The translations under genes were made by a program, and so were the position numbers. The notes under the pieces are model-generated. The model was given only the letters and a program-made list of their open reading frames with translations. It was not told the origin of the DNA and did no database searches. A stretch of DNA of 64,000 nt from Atractiella rhizophila (taxonomy: Eukaryota), in assembly GCA_021432655.1 (NCBI GenBank), contig MU271207.1, positions 80,022 through 144,021 of the forward strand. Direction: 5' to 3'. Positions 12,668-25,579 of this stretch are shown in pieces. Within the stretch, counting starts at the first letter, position 1; each line of letters opens with the position of its first letter.

Positions 12668-13351
12668 GTATGTGTTCGCCTACTTTATGTCAGCGGGGAG
12701 CTAGAGCTAATGTCTTTCCCAGAGAGTTGATTATGTACATTGCGAAGCTCTGGGACGTGCAGCTCGTTAAGCTCAAATCTTCGCCAAACTCAGGCAACGC
12801 TGTCGCGGCTCGTGTTATCTATTTTGTTGGTACATTTATTGTGTAACTGAGAAAGCTGAGATCGTGTTGATGACATTAAGCAGTTAAGTGTGCAAATGTT
12901 TGCTGGAGGCAGAGTACCCAGTTGCATATCTAAAGCAAGCACAAATGAAACTCAATGATCTTTGTTTGGTATTGTTGAACGCTTGTCATGTCGATGCGAA
13001 TTCAGATGCGTATTTCAGATTTGAATGTCTTCACAGTCAGAATCTTGGAGACGTAAAATGCGACGAAGAGCTAGCCAGACAATTTGTTTTTGCACTTGAA
13101 ATTGGAAGAAACTGCATATAAGAACCCTCTTCTTTCATGCGCTTTTGTTATGAATGAGAATCTGCAGTATGTCCAGGAGAACTATGACCTGTTATCTGAT
13201 CTGATCTTGATCTCCGCCGGACTGTAGTCCTGGACTACGGGATAAGATAAATGACAACGCTTACCTAATATTTTCGCGCGCTCGCGTTTCCTGTAATTTC
13301 AGCCGTCCAACAATCATAATTTCTCAGGCGCAGCGTCATCGCAGCTGAGAG

Positions 13352-16300
13352 ATGGACGAGCACACTGACAGCGCACCAGCGCCAGCGAAGCGCCAGGCGA
13401 GCCCTCCCGACGGACGGGATGGGCGAATGATCCCTGGTGTAAAGGTGCGTCTGCAGCCCATGTCACTGCCACCCTCCGTGTTTTCGTCTGCAATGGCATT
13501 TGTTGGCGAAAAGGAGGTAGCTGATGTGTTCTGGGACAGCGGCCGAGGACGTCGAAGGCGTGCAACCAGTGTAGGAAGCAGGTAATTGCTCTCTCCATCT
13601 CCTCCTTCCCGGACAACTTGAAGAAGGCTCGAAACGCTCAGTAACTGTGGATGGGAGCTGACATTGTCGTGGATTGTGCTGGTGCATGTAGAAAACGAGA
13701 TGCGAAGTCGATGTGTCCGACCAGCACTTGACGGAGGGCGTCAGGTGTCACAGATGCAAAGGTGGTTCATTCCCTCCCTTACTTAACTTAACATTGCAAG
13801 ACACAAATGACTGATAAAACGAATGGACAGTGCTTTCCATACCCTGTTCCTTCCTCGACCTCTACTCCCCGCCATCCCACTCGTCCTCCTACAAACCGCG
13901 GGGACCCAAGCGACCTACACACCCACCCGGTCTCCAAACCCAACACCACTCCCCACCAACTGTGACGCTAAACGGGAGTCCAACGACGGCGATCGAGCGC
14001 CCCATCCATCGCTGAACCTCGCGACGGGATGGATGCCTCGCTCATCCATGCTCTCGACTCCACCCCTGAGCCCGTATGTCCCCATCTTCCATCCTCCATC
14101 CACAGCAAACTTCCATAAGAATCTCGACTGACTATGAAATTTTTGCACTACGTTTGGTGTGTAGTTTACCAGGTTCTTGAACGACACCCGAGCCCTGCGC
14201 TCCGACGACCGGCGTGGGTCGGATGAGCGTCCCCTTCCCCTCGAGATTTGGGGAAACCCGACCCCGTTGATGGCTAGTTTGGTACGACGCAGCGAAGGTG
14301 GAGGACGAGCAAATGGAGAAGAAGAGCGGAAGGAGGGATTCGAGATGTTGGACGCTCTGTTCGTTTCCTAGACCACTGATACACTCAGCTGATGCACGAC
14401 GATTTCACAGGTGGGAGGAACTCTATGCTCCCTTTCTTGTGCTATTCCACTTCCACCTCAACCCCACTCCTCACTTCTCTCCGTCGCCTCCTCTCCTCCC
14501 GACACGCCTCTCCTCCCCTACCCTCACAAATTCTCTCCCAGCTAGAAACCACAGTGACGACCCACCTCCTCCGCTCCCTCATCTCCACCCTCCCCCTCGA
14601 CCTCCCCACCATCCAAGCCTACCACATACTATCCCTCTGGCTCCCCTACTCCTGGACGACCAATTCCGGTCTCGGAGGCGGAGAGTACGGTAACGGCGCC
14701 GTCTTCCTCGACCGCGCACTGGCGGGCGCGAGGGAGCAGAGGCTGGGAAAGAGCGCGGACGCATCCTCTCGCAGACTCTGGTTCTCCCTCTCCCTCACAC
14801 AGGCCGTACACGACCTCCAGAACGGCAACCTCCCCCGGCTGGCGGGCATCGAGGACATCGAATCCGCCCTCGGTCCCCTCGACCCTGCGCGCCCTGACGA
14901 GGCAAGACTCATACTCCAGGCGAGACTGCTTACGATCACGGAACATGCGCTCAGGTTCATCGCTGCGTATCATGCTGAGGCGTTCGTGGCACATGAGATC
15001 GCTCTCTTCTCGGAGAGCGTGTTGAGCGGCAGCGGAGGCTTGAGGGAATTTGAGGGGTGGAATAGAGCTTTCGTCCGGATCGCAGGTTCGTAGCTCCTTT
15101 CCTACAGTCAATGTGTACTGACAAACCTGCTTTAATCGGATTGCATGGGATAGCTGTGGCGGACGAAATCCAGACGCCGTTCTTCACAGCCCTCAACGCA
15201 CTCTCCCACTTCTGTCAAACCACCATCTGTTTTCACGCCGTCATGCGGCTCAGACTCATGGTTCCCCTCAATGCGGTAGACGCGAACGGGAATGTGATGC
15301 CCAATCCGGGTGCGAATGCGAATGCGAGTTCGAATGTGGAGCCGGGGATGGGGATGGGGCAGGAGATGACGAGGGAGCAGGAGGAGGTCGCGAAGGTGTT
15401 TAAAGAGGGAGTCAATTTGTTAGCTAGACGCGTTTGTGGTGCGCTTGAGGATCTCATCATTCGTCGGTCTTCCCTCTGCCTTTTCGTCCTGTCAGTCGAC
15501 TGATAATGTTGCTGTGGCCTTGTTCGATAGTGATTTTGGGGAACACGTTGGACATCAAACACCTCACTTCTTGGACGGACACACACGCACTCGTCCTCAC
15601 ATACTCAGCCGCACTGCTCGTAAAAATCCAGTATGTCTTTCCTCATGCACACACGGAATTTCGAAAACTGATCAATCTCTCGTTTAGCGTCATTACGGTC
15701 TCGGGCTGGCGACGCTGTCTCGACTTTGCTGAAGACACATTCAAGCTCCTCACGAAGCTGCTAGACAAGATCTCTCTCTGTCCTCCTTCAACCTTGACTC
15801 GTCTCGCCGGCCTCGTGCGAAGCCTGATGAAAGTCTGGCAGGAGCGGGCGGCGACGGTGTTGCAAGGTCAGGGAGGAAAAACGATGAGCGAGGACCAAGT
15901 GTCGTACTGCCTCGCCAAGAGACACGACGAGCCTTCTCCCTTCCCCCAGCCCGTCATCAGTCAGGACTTCCATCCCGGCTTCGAAACCAAACAACAACCC
16001 GCCTATGCCAATAACCTCACAGTGAGTAAACTCGCCACTCAAAACGGCTACAACCACCTACCTCCCCACCCGCTTTCATATCCACAGCACTCGAATGGGC
16101 ATGGGAACGAAAACTTGAATGTGAGTGTGAACACAAGTGGGAGCGGCAGCGTGAGTGGGAGCGTGACCTCGCAGGGGACGGGACACGGAAACTCGTTGCC
16201 AACCCCTGAAGAGACCGAAGCCAATTTCGAGCTCCACCGGCACCCTGACCTCCTCCACAGATTCGAGCCCGCCGTCGTCTTCCCTCACGTCCTTCCGCCG

Positions 16301-16420
16301 CTCCCCATGCCTTCGGACGCCGCACATATTCCGCCGCCATTGTGGAACAACCTGTCGGCAGTTCTCGACGACGATCTTTTCAACCTTTTCTCTTATGGAC
16401 CTGTCTACCCTAGTACTTAA
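13352..16420 (+). CDS. Zn(II)2Cys6 fungal transcription factor
   Basis: Splicing of small exons gives RPRTSKACNQCRKQKTRCEVDVSDQHLTEGVRCHRCKVLSIPCSF (CxxCx6C-x14-CxxCx6C). Long downstream exons follow, with an acidic-hydrophobic C-terminus (LDDDLFNLF). Confidence 0.9.
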
Positions 16421-17900
16421 TTACCTCCGTCTCCTGCTTTCTACGCTTTTTGGAGTTCGTAATGGACCTTCGGCCTGGATCTCACTTCGCTAATCGTGAA
16501 GGAAAGTCATGGCCTAATCAGTGCTGTATTAGCTTTCGTTCGGTTCTCGTTGTAATACCGCTACTAGGTATCGGCCGTGGTACTGTATCATTGTATTGTT
16601 TCCATCCTTCTACTCCTGAGACGAACCTGCATAATTCCAATTTTAAAGCGATCCGGCGGACAGGCAGTCATCGAGTACTCATCATTGGAAGCGAGGAATG
16701 GGAACGACAATCTGCTGCTCAAAGGCCCCATTATTGTTCAAAGGACAAATAGGCCATTGCCTGGGTCCAACCCAATGAGGAGCAAAACACTGATGTCTTT
16801 TGTGGCCAAATCGAAGTAAGCAAGTTCTATGTGGATGAGACGAATAACTATCTCCTGTCCTTCTTCGCATACTTAATTCAGTCATCACCTTATAAAGAAA
16901 CGAATCGTTTCGTTGTGCAAGACGATGAGGTCCTAAAACCTTTGGTTGGATTAATTCGGCGCAATCGGTACGTTCTGATATATCTGGAAAGCGGGAAGTG
17001 ACTGTGTTATTGAGGTTTTGCACAATGTTGACAAGCCTAACTGAAATTTTTGGCTTGCACAGTAGGCGGAAAGGTACGACTATATGCGGTACGCCCGACA
17101 ATTTTCTCCTCAACTCTGAGGGCTCTGGATTATCGGCCACCAGCATGTCAGCATTCTGCTGGAAGTCTTCTGGACGTACCCTTTCTTCAACATTAGGCTA
17201 CCCGCCGCCAAGGCTGGCAGAGAGCTCGCCCAAGGCAGCGGCCATGGTACCGTTTTCCAAACATGCTCCTGTTTGGCGGAAGCCTCTTTTCAAGTCCTCC
17301 GCACACATTCGACCAATAATTATCAGGTTAAAGTAATGGTATTGAAGGTTTGACAGACGGATTATTATCCACTTCAAAGTTGTTAAATCCTGTGGTGTAT
17401 GCTTCTGAAGTTAACACAAACAATTTTCGTCTCGATACGCCGCACGTTTCTCCTGACTCCATTTGCTCCGGTATGAAGGACTGGTCAGGTCTGCCGAATC
17501 AGACCTTCGATTAGGGAAAGAAACGTAGGATGAATGCACTTCATCACTGCAGCACAGAGGTCTGCTTTGGCTTTGGGAAGCGCAAACTTGAAGTCACCTC
17601 AGCGACTGAAGAGAATTGCTGAAGTTGTTTCTTGAACCCATCTAACTAGCTGTGTGTTATCTCTTGAAGTTCACAGGATAATCTTTTGTTGTCAAATCCG
17701 AGACTGTGAGGCAGGTGCCAGCGCATAAACTAGGACAACAATATTAATGGTAAGACCCGACGACTTGTATTCAATCGTGCTGACAGAGCCTGGAAGCACG
17801 CAGCTAAATATACAATTCGAGTTAAAAGGTATATCGTGTGTAGGGCGATGTTGGGTATCCATCCAGCAATGTCCAAATAAGTGAAGCATGTACATGAAAA

Positions 17901-20900
17901 TCAATGATCGTGACCCCTGACAGTATGAATCAGAAAAAAGCATGGAGGATGATGAAGAGAGAGCATACCCAAGCCACAATTGGTCTGGTGGAGAGCGGGT
18001 AACCTCGACAACTCCCTTCGCGCTCATAGTCGCGCCAGCATCCGATGCCTATAGATTGTCCGTCAGCTGCTTCTCCTTCCTCAAAGTCATGCGGACCTGA
18101 ATGCCTTTCGACTTTAGATCCTCCACCAGAAACTTGCTGAAACCATAGACGTCCTCAGGAATCCAGATCTGAATTATAGTCTCAGCATTCATTGTTAGGT
18201 ACTTAAAACAATGAAGGTCAAACCCAAGTGCAATCCGAAAAGAGGGACGGGTGATCGAATGCATGTTCGTCTGCCCATCCATGAGTTAACCGAACCCTAC
18301 AGCAGTGGCCCATGGGACATACCCAACTCTTCTTCAAACTCTTCCGTATCTTTCAGTTCTTCACCCTCGTCGACATCTGCAGGATCCACGTTTCTCGTAT
18401 CGTCTGGGTTGGCAGCAGCCACTGCCTTCTCATTCTTAGCTGATTTCTCCAGGGCGAGCATCTTTCACAAACGTTAGCAACCATTGATTCAGAGAGTAAT
18501 AGAGTCATACCGGAGGAGGTCCCGGCTCGTTCAGAACCTCCTTTTGCGGCTTGTCCTCCTTCTGCTCCTCCTTCTTTGCCAATTTCTCATGCTTCTCCTC
18601 CTCCTCTTTCACCTTGTCATCGTGAGCCTTTCGTTCAGGTGTCTTCTCGTCTTCCATCTTTCGTTCATGTTCTTCGGAAGACTTTCTTTGACCTTTCTCC
18701 TTGGATCTCTTCTTCTCCGAAGATTTTCTGTCCAGCTTCAAGGCTCCGGCGACTGGGTTTATGACGGACTGCGCTGCCTTCTCCATCTTCTTTGTGAAAG
18801 GATCAAGTGCATGGTCGACCATTTCCACGTTTTCTTTCATTGCATGAAACTTTGGTTTAACTCGACGATGAATCAGAACGTTCAGATCTGAGTTAGAGAA
18901 GTCAGTCAACACCTAAGCAATTGCAGAGGCATACTCCGCTTCGAGAAGACATCCTCAAGGTCGACATCCATCTCAGCCTGGGGAAGGTCCACACTTGGAC
19001 CTCTGTTCCGTTTCCGGTCCTTCATCTTTCTGTACCTCTCTATCGCCTTCTTAGTCGCCAATGAAATTGGGAGATAATATCTAAGTGGGTCAAGCGCCTT
19101 TCGAAGGAAGAAGTGACAAAATGCCGTGACTCCGAGGAGGACGAGCATAGAGATGGCAGGTCCTAAAGATCCTCTGCTATCGGCCGCTCGAATAGCAAAG
19201 AGGGAAGCAAGGCAGATTGCCTGGATGTAGAGACCGACGACTGTTTATTTGGATTCAGTGGACCGCAGAATGTTAATGTTAATAGGGAGACGACGCACAT
19301 ACGTTGCTGATAGCAATGGGAAACTTGATAGTTTCCATCAGCGTCGCACGGGGAAATTGAAGAAAGACAAACATAGAGCCCACCAGTCTCGGACTCAGCC
19401 TTCTGATCAAAAACCCAGAGGAGTAAGAACTTCCAGGCTACATAAAAACTGGAGAAGCAAACAAGTGCAAGCGGGTTGATGATAGGAGACACGACACTTT
19501 CGCAACAGTTGTCATCTACCGCCAGAGGGTTGCAAGGCAGAGAACGAACCTGTAGGCTAAAGCAATGGTACAAAGCAGAGTCATTTGCGCCAAAACCACG
19601 CTGAATTGAGCCTTGCCCGCCACGCATGTCAACTCTACAATCAACAGAGGGATGAGAATGTACATGAGGCATTTGGAAAGTCTATCCTGGATTTAGTTTT
19701 CGCTGCCACTTGATTTAGGAAGGAAAAGGAAGACGCACAACGGCGTAAGCCTGCCGCGGGGTTCTTCCGAGCAACCACTTCTTCACGAAATGAAGGATGA
19801 GGGGGAACGCCTGCAAAAGTGCCCCGCCAGCACCGGTGAGTCCCTGCGCGACTGACCGCGGTTTTCAGAGGATGGAAATGGATATCGACAGGGAACGTGA
19901 AAGACGCACTGACGTATGTCAAGAAGAATATCGAGCTGTTGGGAAGGTTTCCGGCAAGCTCCTCGATGGCATCCGTAGGCGTGTCGATAATCTTTGTCAA
20001 AGTAGTCGTCAAAGAGCTCGACAACGTCACTACAAGGAAACCGTTCAGGGCGAGGAAGATGTCTATGTGGACCATGTTCAATTCAACTGAAGAAGGGGGA
20101 AGTGTTGGACAGCCCACAGTATCTCTTGTAGACGCTCATGTCGATCAAACTGTAACGGGGCAAGTTTTCGTACCAAGCCAATGCTATACCGCATCAGTAG
20201 TAGCCTCCAGATTAACACAACACCAACCTCGCAAGACGATGGGGAGAACAGCGAGGACGATAGCGAGGAGGACGGGAGGAGCGACACCTGTCGTCGAGCG
20301 CCATCATCATTACTCATCAGTCCTTTGCCAAAAGAGGACAAGATAACGCGGCAGACCTTGAATGATACCGGGGACTGGAGTCGGTGCCTCGCAGATCCAA
20401 TCCAGCCAATGGACCTTGAGACAGAGGTCTGTGACGTTGGATAAAGCGCCGATGAAGGATCCTGGGAAAGTCCATAGGATGGCTATCGCTATAGAAATAA
20501 GCCAGGAAGTTATGGCGCGGAACCTCGTCTCCACCGCTCCATCGTCAATGTTCCTCCACACCACGTCCTTCGCACACATCACATCACCTCAGTCTCTTCG
20601 AAAATGTAAGGAGGACGACGTACCTTGGGATTGACTTCGATATACTTGTCGCGCATCGCATAAGGCTATCCGTCCAACCCAGACACGTGAATCATGGCAA
20701 TTGACCTGAAAGGAGAGCGCACCTCATGATAGCTCACGCACTGAGCCAACTGATGAGCAGCCCACTGCAGCTGACACTGGATAAAAGCTGTGCCCAACGA
20801 CTTTCCTTTCTGATCCACGAGCTTCCTAGCCTCCTCAATCTTCTTGCTCAGTCGCTCAATCTCTCCCTACCAGCCAAACAGACAGCAGAAAATCAGAAAA

Positions 20901-23084
20901 AGTCAGTGTTTCTTCCTGAATTTTCCACCTCCCACTCCGTCTGCGATGGGGATCAGAGAGAAGAGAACACGAACCTTACAATACTCAATGGTATCCACCT
21001 TCTCCCCCCAAAGGCCCCCAACACCAGTCTTCATCTTATCCCTCTTCTTCCACCCACCCAACAAATCCGTAAAGCTCTCCAAAGATGGATCAGACACGAC
21101 CACAGGCGTAGAGAGGGAATGAATCCTGCTCAACCCCTGCGAATTCGCATTCGTCGGAGGGAGGAGGAGGCTCGGATGTCTAGTGGATGTAGGGTCACGG
21201 TTGGCAGCAGCGGTGGAAGGGATGAGCGTCCCCGCCTCGAGGTCGCGCGACGTCCTATGGTCCATTTCGTTCTCGTTCGGGTCCATCGCGCGGGAGTTCC
21301 TCGCAGACGGGGAACGGTGCGAGAGCATCGAGAGCCTGTTAGCCAGAGGAGTGCCCACCGCGCTCCCGGCTCGACTAGTCCTGTTGCTCCTCTCTGCGCG
21401 GAGACGGTGTCGCTCGGCGTGCTTGAGACGCTTCGTGTATTCGATGACTACCGTTCGCAGGTTGTGCGAGAGGGTCTTCTCTAGTTTGGAGACAAGTTCT
21501 TCCCGTTTGTCGAAGAGTTGGTTCAGTTTGCGGGTGTCGCGGTAGATCCAGATTCGGTAGATGCCCCTAGAGTATTCGTTAGTTGTTATTATTTGGGCTT
21601 TGGAATTGATGGGACGGACCCAGGAACGAAGGAGGCCCAGTTGTGCAATGCCTTCTCATTTCCGAACTCGTCTGGTATCATCGTTATCATCACCGTTCTA
21701 TCAAGTCCACATATGAATATTTCATTTCAAGGGAGAGGAGGGAACACCGACCGTGCCTGAGGCAGCTTCGAATGTTCATCCGAAATCAAGAAGGCGTGTC
21801 TGAGGTGTACAAAGTTGACATATTCTGCTCTAAGGAGGGATATGACATAAGCTGTGTCACAAATATTTCAGTCTTCAAACACGTGAGAAACGAAGATATA
21901 GAAAAACAGACCCGTAAGGATATAAACCACAACAATATGAGCCGCGATCCTCGTGTCATTATCCTTCGGAATGTTCCCCAACGTGAACTGATCACGGGTA
22001 TCGCGGTAGATCCAGATTCGGTAGATGCCCCTACAGTATTCGTTAGTTGTTGTTATTTTGAGCTTTGGGATTGATGTTACGGACCCAGGGACGAAGGAAG
22101 CCCAGTTGTGCAATGCCTTCTCATTTCCGAACTCGTCCGGTATCATCGTTATCATCACCGTTCTATTATCTCCACACATGAATAATTTATTTTCCTAGGG
22201 AGAGGAGGGAGAACCGACCGTGCCTGAGGCAGCTTGGAGTGTTCATCCGAAATCAAGAAGGCGTGTCTAAGGTGTACAAAGTTGACATATTCGGCTCTAA
22301 GGAGGGAGATGACATAAGCTGTGTCGCAAATATTTCAGTCTTCAAACACGCGAGAAACGAAGATATAGAAAAACAGACCCGTAAGGATATAAACCACAAC
22401 GATATGAGCTGCGATCCTCGTGTCATTATCCTTCGGAATGTTCCCCAACGTGAACTGATCCAACGCCTCCGCTGTCCCTCTCGCAGGGAATCCAATCGAG
22501 TCCACACACATGAGGATAGGCGTCGCGGTGAGGGAGAAGACGCCGAAGATGTGAATCATGAGCTTGAGGAAGCGGAGGAACAGGTAGGCGTCCAGACCGT
22601 TTGTGCGGATAACATCTTCAGGTGGAGAGGCTAGGAGGGCGATTATCCATCTCCAGGGACCGGAGGGGAGGGGTATTGCTCGTTTGCTGGAAAGGCATGT
22701 CGGTTAGATGTTGATTCGTGCGTTTGGGAAGGATTGTTGGTTTCGCTCTTGTTGAGCAAAAAACAGGTCCACACAACAGGGAATGCATCAAGAAACGATG
22801 CAAGGAGTGCATAGACAAAGAAAGAAGCGGAAGAACAAAGAGGAGGAAGAAGAAGAACGCACTCAGGAGGAGGCAGATAGCTCCTTGGACTGTAAATCCT
22901 GCTCAAGCGATCCTTCAACAACACAAACACGATCACCTCGACCGCGAGTATTGCGCCATTGATGGCGAGGGCTGTGAGGAATGTTTCTGTGTCCAATCCA
23001 ATATTAATATCCAGCCAATGTAGTGATCAAGTGAGAATACTCACCCGTGGTGGCATTCTTTGAATCCTCGGAGGCTGCTGACAT
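17901..23084 (-). CDS. CSC1/OSCA/TMEM63 (RSN1/PHM7-type) mechano/osmosensitive Ca2+-permeable channel
   Basis: MSAASEDSKNATTETFLTALAINGAIL...IYSPRSYLPP...NGLDAYLFLRFLK...DVVWRNI...LAGNLPNSSIFFLTY...PIINPLA...WIPEDVYGFS...VTRSPPDQLW; many canonical introns. Confidence 0.92.
21530..22460. repeat. Intragenic tandem duplication (~465 bp x2, diverged) inside the OSCA gene
   Basis: Units are 21530-21993 and 21994-22460. The junction reads in frame as IWIYRDTR|DQFTLGNIPK. Confidence 0.95.
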
Positions 23085-25579
23085 GTGCCTTGGGGTATAC
23101 ACTCAGTACAGGCTGAGCGGGGGAGGTATACTGATGCTGAGAGTGCTGAGTTGCTGAGTTGAGATGAGACGCTAAAAAGAGTGAAATAATGAAAAGGAAA
23201 AGAACAACGTCACATTGCTCCAATCGTCTTGGCCGCATTTCTCAATCTCCATTCTTTAGTATCTTACTACAGAGACTCACTTCTTCTTTTTCTTGATAAA
23301 TATCGCTGGGAGAGAAGAGAGAAGTAGAAAGATACCTACAATCCTGCTAGAACCCCAATTCAATCTCATTAGCAAAACACTGTTGCTGCAAAGCCCGCCG
23401 TGAGCAGCTAGGTTCAGGATGACGCTCGATACCTGCGACTTATCGGAGGAACAAAAGGTGGCGTTAGCTGCTTCTGCCGTGGAATGGCTGGAAGATCAGC
23501 TTGCTGTCGTTCCTGACACTGTTTGCGGGACGAATTCCTCCTCATTAGTTCCTGTATCACATCCATTCTTCGAGGATCATGAACCCCCAGGAATGTTTGC
23601 CCACTTCAACGAGCTTGCCAATACATCTGAAAGGTTCGGTCATGGCACTTGGTGTCATCGCTCGTTATTGAAACGTTCTTCACTTATGTAGAGAACGACG
23701 AATTCCTCTCTATCAACGCCACTCTATAGCCCATCGTTCCTTAAGGATTACTGTCACTGTGGGCCCGAGTCTCAATGCAATGGGGATGCAACTTGCGAAA
23801 CCCTTTCTCAGTGATATCATTTACTCACAACAAGCTTAGGTGGAACTCTGAAGGTTTCGAAAACGAAATCATTGTCATGAGAGACCATCAAATTACAACA
23901 GAACTTAAGCCCAGGTTTCCACATATTTTGGGTCATCCTTGACAGCCGCCAACCAGAGTGCGAGAACGAATCCGGTTGACGAGAACTATTTCCGGGCTGC
24001 TTCTCGAAACTCAGCAGCGACTCTGCCACCTAAGTAACAAGTGGAACGCACCCTCTCAACAAATCTATCTCCTTTTCGTCTGGCGACAAGCCTCTTCAAA
24101 GCTCGAGGCGCGCTCTCGCTCCACACACAACATGCAGATTTAGATTCAAAGTTTCCTGCCTGCCCCAAAGAAACTGATCTAAAGACTTTGATTTTTCCAA
24201 TAGCCGCTCGAAGCTTGAAGTCCAGTTTATAAAAACTCTGCGGATTCTAGATCCATAATGCAGATGCAGGCAATCCTTTTTTTCTCCAAAGATAATCTCC
24301 TGATCTACCGCTTAAAAGTGTTCCGTACTTCTGTTCATCCCAGAGGAAGAAACATGAACATCAAGTTGCTCGATAAAGGACGTTATCGCTCTCTGATTGT
24401 TACCATGATACGTGTGCGAGTACATAGCGGTGGGGGACATCATCATCCGTTGACGGTGAAAAGGTAACACGAAAGTGTCCCACGACATAAAATAGTCAAA
24501 AGAGCAAGTCCATGTATCTGACACACTGGTTGCTCGGTTGCGATGGAGAGGTAATGGACACAAAAATTATTGATTGATGAACTGAATACATCATTTTCTA
24601 GGGGTTCGATCCCAATTGAAGGATTTTGGTCCACTTCAGTGTCATAGAGTGAGTCGTGTCGTGTAGTCGGCGCGTTGCTCTCACGTTGACTCAATCGGGG
24701 GAAGTTGAATGGGCAGCTGAGGTCTCCAAGCATCTAATGACAGAATAATCTGGTGTGGAAGACTGGTTGTGCTGCCACGGTCAATTGGAACATTAATTTC
24801 CCTACGTCTCTCCGACGAGGCATGGTCTGCTGGTGGGTATTGAATGATGTACACTTCTCTGAGGTTCTTATATCCTCCTTCCAACGGTTCAGCGGCGCCT
24901 CACTTTCTGTGGGATCCAACTATCAAGTGGGGAACATATTTATGATTACTCGTTAAGTTCGCTGATCTTCATTCTAGCACATATTCAGCATCCACTTTTA
25001 CAAATTACACTACCTTGTAAAGAAAGCTGTTGGGTTCTTCAGTAATGTTTGCTTTACAAGAGCGCAATGGTGTACAGTTAACAACAATTTGAACACAAGA
25101 TATCAGGTTAAATGGTTGTCAAACGTAGAACCAGATGGAATAGGAAAAGTGATGCTCAACGGAGAACAAGGTACATGCCCCCTTTCGGGCTGATTAGCCT
25201 AGTCGTCTACGTTCAAATGCTTAGAGCAGATATCGGCTGGGAAAGAGTGATGTCCCTCGTCCTTGCACCACAAACGCTGAACGCTTCGCACTCACGCGAT
25301 TTAGGCGCCGGCAACGACTTCAAGTTCAGTCGTTCCTCCTTTATTTCTAACACGTATCCATATCTCTCGACAGTCAGCAGCACCTTGACATCGCAAAAGC
25401 CTCAAGTTAAGTACCCATCCTTATCAGTTCGTCATCAACAACCATCAACAGTTCCCTCAAGTCATCCATCGATCGATCTTCCCGTCTTTGCCAATATTCT
25501 GCTTCCCATACTCCACTCAGCCACCAGAATCTGCACCAGAACAAATAAAATATCCTAACCCCACCCTCAATTCCACAAA

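Noticed and set aside
16450..17700. Broken minus-strand ORFs
   Set aside because: No recognisable motif and interrupted by stops. A gene call cannot be supported.
23419..24956. Short ORFs between OSCA and DCN1
   Set aside because: No recognisable domain or consistent splice model.
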